DNA of 64,000 bases from Lepidodermella squamata (taxonomy: Eukaryota; Animalia; Gastrotricha): assembly GCA_047495785.1 (NCBI GenBank), contig JBLDXI010000030.1, forward strand, positions 1,178,001 to 1,242,000, read 5' to 3'. The first letter of the stretch is position 1. Every line of letters begins with the position of its first letter. Below the pieces are notes generated by a model, which was not told the origin of the DNA, did no database searches, and saw only the letters and a program-made list of their open reading frames with translations. Made by a program: the position numbers and the translations under genes. Shown here one piece after another: positions 1 through 10,521 of this stretch.

Positions 1-275
1 GGCGACTGGCGAAGATGCGGTATCGCCTGTTCTTCGAAAACAAATATTCGCCACTGAATGAGGTTTTCTACGCGTTATGGATGAAGCATGGATAATATCA
101 CCATTTTTATGATGAGAACGTCAGACTTCCTTGACCCTTGTCCTATAGAGGCTCTTGACTCAACCGTTGTAAAAGAGCTAAGTTTGCCCATTTTATTTGG
201 CTCTTAAATTTATATTTCCGTTTGCTGTTTTTCGTTGGAAATTAGTGTCTCTGTGTGTTGTATTTCAAAGGTAGG
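1..275 (+). pseudogene. Possible degraded 3' end of an ionotropic-receptor/iGluR-like membrane protein gene
   Basis: Fragments in different frames read ..FENKYSPLNEVFYALW.. and ..DPCPIEALDSTVVKELSLPILFGS*IYISVCCFSLEL.., loosely like an S2-end/M4 region; stops and frameshifts present; cut by the window edge. Confidence 0.15.
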
Positions 276-1521
276 AAGTAGCGCATAAACACCGGCCTCG
301 GTTTGTTCATTTTTCTACGTGTCTGCCGTCAAGATTTGCCTGTTTTGTGTGATTACTCTTCATTTAGGATAGAGCGTCTCATCCTTTTGATCTCCAATCA
401 TCCTTAATAATTTTGAAAGATCCTATTCATGTAATTACTTAGCACTCGAAACTATGGCTGTCACTGTGCGATTATGATATCTGTTTTTGTTCATTTGATG
501 ACTTCTTACTGCATATACCTGTTCTGAAATTTTAATAACATTATTTTATAAGGATTTTATTTTGATCACGTGTTGTTTGTTTCAGTTTCGTTCGAGGAAT
601 CGCTTCGACCCATTGGCGTGTTTGAGTTCTTGAATAGCTCGTCTATCGTTATTTCTGCTTACTCATTCCAGTTTGACTAAATCTTATTTGATTTTGTCTT
701 TAACAGTATTGTCATTTGATGCGATGAGCCGCTGCTGATGAGTTTTCTCGATTAATAAGCGAACTCGAATGATAACTATCGGTTGATTGTTCTCCTTATA
801 GCCTGATTCCCAATTCGTAAATTATGTTTATTACTTATCACGGTGACTCCTGGCTTCCCGCTACTCAGCGGGACAACTGAGACTATATGTTATTCAAGCA
901 TTGCACGACCTTTGTAATACAGCAAACTTGAAGTTCCGATGGTCTAGATCTTTTCATTCAGATACTTATCATTTGCCGCGACTTAACTTTGTCTTGTTAG
1001 CATGGCTAATAAATGGCTAATAATAAACAAATAAGACTTCTAATAACTTGTTCGCTATCATTTGTGATGCAATTCAATTACAGATGAGAGAGGAAGGGCC
1101 CACTCGTTTACTTTTTCGTAACAATACCGCGAGTAGCATCGAGATGGTCATATTGAGGCGTGCTGAACTCGGGACTTGGGTGGCTGTTAATTCAACTTGA
1201 GGGTTACAATACTATATGCATCTAGCATCTAGCACAGATAACTTGGCCGATAACGCTCAGGAAATTTACTCGAGCTTTAACCCACTTCAAATTAGTCACC
1301 TCACGCCTCAGCATGAGCAAACGCGAGGCAACGCGAGACTACAACAGCTGATAAACAATTCCAATCGCCATAGAAACTCTAAATTTAATTATTTTCTTTC
1401 TGAAATTAATAATAACTTTCATTAACTAATTTATTTACAACAAATAATTAAGAAATAATTGATTTTGCCGCAGAATCCCGTTCCGCTTGGTTGAAAACGG
1501 CCACGCAAAGTTGGCGTCACT

Positions 1522-1878
1522 ATGAAGTTTAAATCTCTCACGGCAGGAGATGCAGTGCATGGCTCGAAGGTTCGACAAGACTGGAGGAAGCGTGAATTCT
1601 TTCTTGTGAAGCAAGCACTGGGCTCATTCGCGCTGTTTGCTGCGTTCAACACTCCGATAATGTTTAGTTTTCTTGCGGTTGCTCTCTATGACAGTGTGGG
1701 CCCTCTGTTGTTGACCCCATGGCTGTGCAGATTCGCGGTGCTCGCGCTCATGTTTCAGATATCAGTTACTCCACTCATTCTCAGCTTGAAACCGAACGCC
1801 ATTTCAGTGGTGCATGAGCGTATTCGAAAAATATTCATCTGCAAGAAAGCATCTTCGATAAGCGCTATTGGCAGCTGA
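1522..1878 (+). other. Orphan exon-like ORF with two hydrophobic helices (resembles TM6-TM7 of a rhodopsin-type 7TM receptor)
   Basis: Basic loop (RKRE), then FALFAAFNTPIMF (F/W-x-P-like), second helix ending VTPLILSL, basic tail; no upstream exons identified. Confidence 0.25.
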
Positions 1879-1944
1879 AATGCTTATTTCCAAGAATAAA
1901 AACCTGCGAAATGACATTGTACCTGAGAAAATGTTACATACGTA

Positions 1945-2650
1945 ATATCCACTTTTCCGACGTAATCGGATCGTCATTTTGATTTGGTCATTTTCACCTC
2001 TGTCTTGTTGCGAGAGGCAGTGTAATTAAACCCGAACTAATTCTAATAGCGACCATATATCAGTATCAGCGATGAAGGTGTTACCAGCTGTCTTATGTCT
2101 TATCGATAACAAACAATCCAAGGCGGAACTCAACGTCTTTCTGTTTATCAGTGGATTCAAAAACTATTGTGTGTCAAATGGGAATTTGCGGTAGCTGAAG
2201 GCCGTGCAAGCAACGTCAAATCGGTCGAAAATGTATTGTATCATTATATCCCTTGTAGAAAATGAATAGATCAAGATTCGATCATTCAATTTGCGACCGA
2301 CAATAGGCGATTCAAATGCTGTCAAATGATTGATTATTGGCGTCCAATTATCCATCGCAGGGACTGGGTAATAAAGCTCAAAGCTCGGCAGGATTGAGCC
2401 TCATACATTCTGTTTCCGATAGTAAATCGGTACATTTTGGAACTTCGCATGGCAGCCTCCATGATATAGCCTTATAGACAAGTAGAGACAGCTTTTGTTC
2501 CACGTCATCGATTCCGACAATACGGTGTAGGCCAACATCCTAGCGGCGACCGGCCTGCTTCCATTGGAATATACTGCTTGCTCTGGCGGGAGGTTTTTCG
2601 AGAGAACTCCCTGGCAACGCTCCGGGAACTTTGCCTCTAACGATTACTAT
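1945..2650 (-). pseudogene. Decayed intronless Cys-loop subunit (subtype B-like)
   Basis: WTPIINHLTAFESPIVGRK..FDRFDVACTAFSYRKFPFDTQ* with a stop inside the Cys-loop (2164-2166); remnants of GIDDVEQKLSLL and RRKSG in other frames; TM region missing. Confidence 0.85.
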
Positions 2651-2941
2651 CGACTCCCTCGTCCGTTTTCAAAATTGTCACCTGCAGAAAAATTCCCAAG
2701 ACCAGGGTGTGACTTGAGGTTTCGCGCAGCGGAGCAATGAATGAAAAACGGCAGGCTCAAAAATTAAATTCTTAGATCAGGCTGCCAAATCTTGAAGTTT
2801 TCCTATAATAGGAAATTTTCCTATATTTCCTATAACTAATGGAGCTCTTTAATATTTATCGCTTTATTATCGGTTTGTAACGCTTTGTAACACGAAAAAG
2901 AATTCTGAGACTACATCCTTTAGTGAATAGGCATTTTGGAG

Positions 2942-4105
2942 TTATTCTAGCATCAACGAGAAGAGTATTGTGTCAATGATGATGACGATAATGCTGGCAA
3001 TTGCAGCGATTGCAACGTCCAAAAACCGACGCATCGGCATGTTAATTGACTTATGGAGGTTAACAACGCGGGTTTTCAGCTGCTCAGAAAAGGCTGGAAT
3101 CAAACAAGTATACGCTGTTATTAGCACCGCCACGATGAACTTAGCCGCGACCATGTACACAAGATAGAGATGATCCGAAGTTTTAGGCATCATGCCAAAA
3201 ATCATCGTTAAATATACAACATAGGACAGCACAACGGTCACGCAAAATGCCGATTGATCTCTGTCAACGGGTTCAGCAATCAAAGAAATGACTTGCAGGA
3301 AGAAAAGCATAGAAGTTGGTACGAAGATGTTGCAGACGTAGTAGCTGCTTTTGCGACGAAATCGGATCGTCATTCTCAGGCGGTTGATATGATAAACGCC
3401 ACTCATTTGGCTAGACATGGAAGTGTTGAACTCGAATGGCTCGACAACCGTCCATATATCTGAATCAACAATGAAGGTATCCCGGGCTGATGAGTCAATG
3501 TTGAATGCGTCTATGTTATACACCACGTCGTGGTAGAATTCTGCGGATTCGAAAACCAACGAACAGGATTGGGTGTCGAAGGGGAATTTCCCGTAGCTAA
3601 AAGCGGTGCATGATACGTCGAAACGGTCGTAGATGTCGAAAAACAGCATATCTCGAAATGGAAAGACCCAAACTTGATCGCTGATTTTCCGTGTGAGAGC
3701 AGGAGATCCATAAGCTGTCATATGGCCGATTCCCGGAACCCAAATTTCCGTCGCAGGAACATAGAAGTAGAGTGAATTCTTTCGTGGTATATTGCAGTCC
3801 GATTCGGATAATAAGTCCGTACATTTCGGAGGTGGGCATGGCAGCCTCCAGTCCAGAATGAGATGCCCTACTAGCGATAGTTTCTGCTCAACATCATCAA
3901 TGCCCACAAAGCGTAAGAGGGACATTCTGACATTCACAACAATCGGCTTGCTGTTGTTTGAGCGGACTGCTTGGTCGGTTGGGAGGCATTGTGATCGCAA
4001 GGCTGGGCAGAATTCAGCGTATTTCGTCTGTAAGTTTTCAGCAACTGACCAAGTTGCGTCGGAGGCATTTATAAGCATAGAAATGAGAAATGCTAGCAGA
4101 ATCAT
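2942..4105 (-). CDS. Intronless Cys-loop ligand-gated ion channel subunit, nAChR-like non-alpha, subtype A
   Basis: Signal peptide, IDDVEQKL, IWVP, CTAFSYGKFPFDTQSC loop, pre-M1 RFRRK, four TM helices, MPKTSD M2-M3 linker. Confidence 0.92.
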   Translation of the reverse strand: MILLAFLISMLINASDATWSVAENLQTKYAEFCPALRSQCLPTDQAVRSNNSKPIVVNVRMSLLRFVGIDDVEQKLSLVGHLILDWRLPCPPPKCTDLLSESDCNIPRKNSLYFYVPATEIWVPGIGHMTAYGSPALTRKISDQVWVFPFRDMLFFDIYDRFDVSCTAFSYGKFPFDTQSCSLVFESAEFYHDVVYNIDAFNIDSSARDTFIVDSDIWTVVEPFEFNTSMSSQMSGVYHINRLRMTIRFRRKSSYYVCNIFVPTSMLFFLQVISLIAEPVDRDQSAFCVTVVLSYVVYLTMIFGMMPKTSDHLYLVYMVAAKFIVAVLITAYTCLIPAFSEQLKTRVVNLHKSINMPMRRFLDVAIAAIASIIVIIIDTILFSLMLE

Positions 4106-4779
4106 TTCGCTGAACTTTCATTCTAAGCTCTGTGAGTTGATCAAAAGGGTTTTGAGAGTTATTTGGCAGGTTGAAGTTTTCAAATATTCAATTTTAATTT
4201 CCTGTTAAACATTACATGGGTGCTGCTCAATTCGGTCGCATTAGGTATGCTTTCGCTTAAACAATCAAGGAAACGCGAGATCAATTTTTCGAGAAAGGCA
4301 GCATCAAACATAAAATCATCAAAAAATAGTCAGTAGTTCATTCATATTAGGGTACTGAAAATTTGAGTGCCGAAAATAACTCAATGTAGTACTGGCACAC
4401 TGCAGATTTTTGCCAGATGGAGAGCAAGGTAACTCGGAATAATCCTGCTTGGATCAAAAAAGGATACATTTTATCAGCGACTTGGGCCTTTTTCAAGGAA
4501 GTTATCGCTGAATCCAGAGCATGAAGCACGAAGTTTTTCGACCTATGTGTCATTTTCGGGTTCAAAGTGTTCAAGTGTTCAAGTGTTTCTAGTGTTTCAA
4601 ACAGTGGTTTCGGGGGATTTCCACCATGGCCTTGCGACTAGGAAGGTACGATAGCAGGCTGTGAGAGCGCGCCGCTTGTCGAGTGATTGAAGCCACACTG
4701 AACATGCTGACCAGTTCGAGTTTCGAAGTAAATACGCGAATTTGTTTCACATCTTTAGCTTAGGACTTGGGTGCATTGA

Positions 4780-5632
4780 TAGATCAGTGTCTCTAATGGG
4801 GATGAACTCATTATAGCTGACAGCACAACCTCGATTAGCTTGCACCCACTATTAGAGTTAATTTCAGCTTGCTACAGCACATTCAACACGGCAGAAGAGC
4901 ACCAAAGTAAGACTGAATCACACAAAAATCGGTGTTGATACGTGACGAAAGCAATGTTCTGTGTTCAGAAATTTTGAGCTCGAAGTTACCTTCGTCACGC
5001 CTACATCTAAAAGTTGACTCGTTTGTCTCAATACTTTGCAGTTGCTATTCGTAGTTGCATCACAAACTTCAAGCTTCAAGGGATAAGCTGAATATGGCTA
5101 CATTCCTGATTTTATTGATTCTCATCCTGTTGCATCGGACGTTACGATTCAAGTTTCAGTATCCTTGCTGGTCCCCTGGTCTCTTCACTGGTCTCCTGCC
5201 AAACCAATATAGAACATAGAGAGCTGTAACCGAAATGTTTTGTAACAAGTTCAGTGAAGATCCAACTCTGCTATACCTGGCTATCGAGTCGAACCCGAGT
5301 TCATAGACGACAACAGTTGGTTCAAAGCTTGCTCGAATTCGATTCTCCATCCAAACTCGGCAACAGTACGAAAATTCGAGCACCAGTAATCTTAGGTCCG
5401 ATCAATAACTGCCATCTGACAGCTAGTTTCGCTCATCTGCTTGGATATATTCAAATCGCTCAATGCCCTGGCCCCTGGCGATATGTTGATGAACAAGGCT
5501 TTGTACCCAAATCTGTTCCAAATTCGTCCGGTTGGCTATCATTCGTGGAATATTAGGATTCGTTTCATGCTATATATCGGAAGCTGGCGACGTGTTGGCC
5601 TAATCGCCAGCTCTCATATTCAAGATACGCGC
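4780..5632 (+). pseudogene. 5' fragment of class C GPCR plus upstream DNA; duplicate of ~27790-28612
   Basis: Near-identical DNA to the 28081 gene (KIRAPVILGPINNCHLTASFAHLLGYIQIAQCPG; IRPVGYHSWNIRIRFM); several frameshifts; similarity ends after SSHIQDT. Confidence 0.9.
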
Positions 5633-6282
5633 ACGTTGTTCATATAAGTAAACTTTTTGATTGTAATAAAAATCCAGGTGATGCGCCATCTCGTTGGCGG
5701 TCGAGTGTTGGCTATTGATAGATGTTCGTTATACTTATACATCGTATTGCTGCTTACAGCTTACAATGACATTTCGCTGCTGCTGATCGGGAAGGGTGAA
5801 TAATAAATATAGATAAAATGGTGGAAGATGAAATACGAACTAAATCGAAATTACCAATTATTAGACTACTGTTCAAGACTTTAGGGTTCAAGAATGGGGT
5901 TCAATAACTGCAGCTGCTGAATGCGATCTCTGATGTATCTCTGATTAACTGGCATATTGATTCATAATCAGAATAAAACGAGGACTTCGCCCTCAACTCC
6001 GGTTTCCCTTCTAACTTCCAATGGCAAGCCTGTTTCGGTTCACTCGGAGCAGTCAAACCAGTGTTGAGCTCAATGACGCTACAGGTACAGCTTTGTTCAA
6101 TTCAATTTCATCATTCTTTATTAGAATAGAAAAGCATTAGCCGTGTAGAATAGGACTAAAATTACTTAATCAAAAGTAGGCCCGATACTATAAGCCACGC
6201 AGCTTAAGCGACACGCTGTTATTTCGAGAGGTTGAGTGATGATACAGATTACAAAAGCGTAAAGCAAAGAATTCATGAAAAA

Positions 6283-7458
6283 TCAGGCTAGCATCAGAGA
6301 GAAGAGAACTGTATCAACGATCAGCACAGTTAGACTTGCAATAATAGCAACGGCAATATCCAAGAAACGATGAATTGGCATGCTCAAAGATTTGTGCATC
6401 CTAACTAGACAATTAAGTAACTTCAAAACACTAGATTTAAGCCACTCTGGAATACTATGGCTCAAGCAAGTGTACGCCGTAATTATGACTGCAACGATGA
6501 GCTTAGCTGCGATCATGTACACAAGGTAGACATGGTCAGAAGTTTTTGGCATCATGCCGAAAATCAACGTTAGAAATACCACATAGGAAAGCACAACTGT
6601 CACGCAAAATGCTGATTGGTCCCTGTTTATAGGCTCAGCGATCAAAGAAACGACTTGAAGGATGAAAAGTATGATAGTTGGGACGAAAATGCTGCAGACG
6701 TAGTAACCACTTTTGCGCCGAAGTTTAATGGTAAAGTTCACGCGGGAGTACTCTGTTATGTCTGCGCCTTCGAATGTAGAATTACTGAATAGCTCCACTA
6801 ATGACCATATATCAGTATCAACAATGAAGGTATTACCAGAACTCGTGTCGATTTCAAAATATCCAAGACTGAACACCACGTCTCTGATAGGATCGCCTGA
6901 TTCAAGAACTAGCGAACAGGCCTGCGTATCGAATGGGAATTTGCGATAGCTGAAAGTTGTGCAAGATACATCGAATCGGTCAAAAACATAGTACCTCACA
7001 GCATTCTCCTCGGCAAATGGGTGGATCCAGACGAGGTCAGTGAATTTACGACCGATAACAGGATACTCGTATGCAGTCAAATGATTGATTACAGGAATCC
7101 AAATTTCCAGCACAGAGACCGGGAAGTAGAGATCGGCAGGACTTAGTATGTCGCATTCAGTTTGAGATAGTAAATCTGTGCATTTTGGTATCTCGCATGG
7201 CAGCCCCCACCACACGGACAGATAGGCCACCACAGACAATTTCTGCTCCACATCGTCGATGTCTACAAACCGAAGCAGATCCATGTACATGGTCACTATC
7301 ACCGGGCTGGTGTTGTTGGAATAAACCAATTGATCCATCGGTAGGCTTTTCGACTGGACTGCTTCACAATATTCAACGAATCTTTCTTGCAGCTTGCCAG
7401 AAGTCGTCACAGCAGCTACCAGCTTGACAACCACCAGCAAAATTAGATAGGATCTCAT
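6283..7458 (-). CDS. Intronless Cys-loop channel subunit, subtype B
   Basis: Signal peptide, CTTFSYRKFPFDTQAC, ESGD at loop B, four TM helices; complete ORF. Confidence 0.92.
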   Translation of the reverse strand: MRSYLILLVVVKLVAAVTTSGKLQERFVEYCEAVQSKSLPMDQLVYSNNTSPVIVTMYMDLLRFVDIDDVEQKLSVVAYLSVWWGLPCEIPKCTDLLSQTECDILSPADLYFPVSVLEIWIPVINHLTAYEYPVIGRKFTDLVWIHPFAEENAVRYYVFDRFDVSCTTFSYRKFPFDTQACSLVLESGDPIRDVVFSLGYFEIDTSSGNTFIVDTDIWSLVELFSNSTFEGADITEYSRVNFTIKLRRKSGYYVCSIFVPTIILFILQVVSLIAEPINRDQSAFCVTVVLSYVVFLTLIFGMMPKTSDHVYLVYMIAAKLIVAVIITAYTCLSHSIPEWLKSSVLKLLNCLVRMHKSLSMPIHRFLDIAVAIIASLTVLIVDTVLFSLMLA

Positions 7459-8020
7459 GATGTTTATATTGCCATGTGGTTTGAATGCTCATATGAGCCC
7501 AATATGACGACCTTACTCGCAATTGTATGCAGCTGCAATGAGCTCATCGATTTTGAATTTCCTGTGCATCATTTGTATGTCGGTGATCACAGATATCGAT
7601 TAGGAAAGAAAAACCATGGATATTGACGTAACATTAATGTCTATGAGAAAAACCAAGCAAACTTCGTTCTCCCATATTTTAATTGGTGTCTTTAAATGGC
7701 GATTGATGAGGAGACGTGGTATTAAGCAGGGTTCACGGACTCGCAAGGCAAACTGGTGTTGTGGTTCAGTTCCGAGCCCTTCGATGTTCCACCCGGCCTG
7801 TAAGCGTCGTTTAAGCAATTGAAGGGTAAAAGGGCTTCATCGTAAGTCGGAATTTTCCAAAACGTTTTGGCTGCGCGCAGTGGCTGGCAAGGGTCTACTT
7901 TCGAATATTGCGGCGTTTTTTTGCTGATGTAAAATTTAAACAATTCTCTAACTATACTGAATATGAGGTTCTCGCATAAAATCAAATCTAAATTGGCTAG
8001 CTAAAAATACCTGGTGTTTA

Positions 8021-8606
8021 CACTTTTTCCCGTTAGAAATTGCCACGGCACCAAATATATTTGACGACCTATTTTTAGCTCGCACTTGTTCACGTGAATG
8101 ATTACTCTTATTTTTTGCTTCTTCTTCATCGTCGTATTCCAATTCTATGGTAATGATAGTAATGAATGTAGTTTGTGGCTTTCGGCACTGATCAGAGCCA
8201 AAATATACGACGCGCCATATTTTTTATATAGTGATAAGATACACAACAATTTTGAGCTGCAACATTTGCACTAACTTCTAATATGAGTTATCTATTTTAA
8301 GATGCTTTCATGGAAAAGGCGAAAATTGAATATTGACCGCTAATTATGACCTGATCGGAATTTCGGAAACAAAATTCTGATAAGATAAAAAGCGGTGTTC
8401 CATGAGGAAGTAAATATCGACTGATTCAAATAGAGAACCGTGAATTCGAAAACTATTTTCCAATGTAAGTAAATATTCTTAAAGGCAGAAAGAATTTCAT
8501 TGATAATGTCCGCATGACACAATTGCAAACAAAAAATTACAAGTGCGAGCTAAAAATAGGTCGGCAAATATATTTGGTGCCGTGGCAATTCTAACGCGAA
8601 AAGGTG
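8021..8606. mobile_element. MITE with ~70-bp terminal inverted repeats and TA flanks (Tc1/mariner-type)
   Basis: ta|cactttttcccgttagaaattgccacggcaccaaatatatttg...caaatatatttggtgccgtggcaattctaacgcgaaaaggtg|ta. Confidence 0.8.
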
Positions 8607-9812
8607 TAGTCCGAATGAACTAGTGTTTTTCGGAGCGTTTGATTTTGAGCGAACAGACGATTTATTGTTATTGTTGACTACATGCCTACGACTTGTCGTG
8701 TCGTCGTGCTTCAAACGGGCGATTTTCGTCCTCGCGACGCGACACGCTGAGTCCGTGAACATCCTAGCGATATATGTCGTGCCCGATACTGATGCGTCAC
8801 TCACGACACGCGCGACACACACGACACTGATGCGACACCGGATATTAGTCGCGCGCGAGAAAGCACGGTTCCGGGGACGCAGCTTGCTTTACGTATTGCG
8901 TCATCACACGCGGACGAAATGCAGTTTCTCCCCCATTTTTCGATCGCCATCGCATCAATATTATCATTAAATTCGATTTCGAATTACTTTTTACCTTGCA
9001 TTTAAAATCCCTCTTTCAATCATGCTAAAGAACGTGGTGGATAACGAAACTCATTTTCAACGTGATGCAGAATCCATTTGTTTTTTTCTGAGTTGCTCTG
9101 CCTCTTGACGTGTAGAAGACGTGGATGGGAATTTACGAAATTAAGGGCCATCATATACCCTGGTAGTATATACCTACTGTTCTTATTCATTCATTTCATT
9201 TGCTGAGATCCATGAGAAAACGTTGCCAGTGTCGTATAGTTGATCGTATTCATTTCCAGGTAAAACCCTTGGCAGCATAGTTCAGCAAGGCATATTGAAA
9301 AATTGAATATGAATCTTGAAAATGGAACAGATAATCGAATTACTCGAGTGAACTCCCGTCCGATATTTTAAACCGCCATTTGTTTGACATTACAGTACAT
9401 TTGTTAGAGAAATTATTGACTAGAGTAGTCGGTTCGATTAGGATTTCATCAAACGGCCAATCGATAGTTACCAATGCGTTACAGTTTTCAAAGAGTGTGT
9501 GCCGTTAGATTGTAAAACCAGCAAAGGCAAGCCAGGAAATATGAAAAAATTCCGAATTCTAATAACAAGTACAAGTGTAAGCCAATCGCCGGCTGAAGAC
9601 GGCCGAAGACAATGCATTTGATGCGATATAAGACTGGACGATGTTGAGGCTGCTTGCACTAGAAATAGCAAAAATCTATGAATTGGAGATAATGATGAAT
9701 TTATTGCGATACCTAAGCATGCATGAAATAAAACTGCATTGAAAAATTGCCAAAACAGGTGATCCGCATTTCACGAAAATTGATTAGCTATTCCTTACTT
9801 CGCACACTGCTC

Positions 9813-10180
9813 TCATCGACTGCTAACAGGTACATCTTTGAAGATCTTGCCAGCATCTGCGAAAATCCGCCATTGGTTTAAGAAATTATTTCCGAAGGAT
9901 GAATTCTGAAGTACACGATGTTTAACGCCATGAATTGTTGTCCTCGGTGCGATGTACCAAAAAGCTTCACTGAATCGTTTATCCGCTTCATGTTTACAGG
10001 CTGGGCTGAATCCACTACCAAGGCATTGGCAAACAAAACTACTCAGGCAATCAATCGTGCCACAAGGCGCCATGCATATACCAAAGGACGCAGCTTTGTG
10101 GAGAATTTCATAAATTGTACATTAACTACAACAATCCCTCTTACTGCTATCACAATATGAGCCTTGAAACCCAAACCGGC
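9813..10180 (-). pseudogene. Possible degraded EGF-repeat coding remnant
   Basis: One minus frame reads GFQGSYCD..CCS*..CGTIDCLSSFVCQCLGSGFSPACK, EGF-like cysteine/glycine spacing with an in-frame stop. Confidence 0.3.
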
Positions 10181-10521
10181 TTCTTACAACCTGGTATGCA
10201 ATTTCTCGGCGGCACTATGTATCATCGATCTGGCATCGATGCGTGCTGACAACGTGATTGTTCAGCATTAGTGTAGAAAGTAGGAAGACGTCAAAGGTAC
10301 GGATATCGGCGCATCAGGTGACAAATCCACAGGGACCCTTACACTTCGGCAAATTTTTTTCATTTTCCCAAATTTTAGGTTCGGATGATCCGTACACATC
10401 ACTCGAATCGTGTCATTGAAGTTTTTCGACTTCAAAACGTCGTCTTCCTTGTGCTGCGGCCAGACCAGACCAGAAAATGAAATATGTAGTCTACATAAAT
10501 CACAAAATCAGAACAAAACAT

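Noticed and set aside
3254-4208. Recurring antisense ORFs over the channel genes
   Set aside because: Shadows of the conserved sense coding sequence, with variable ends between paralogues
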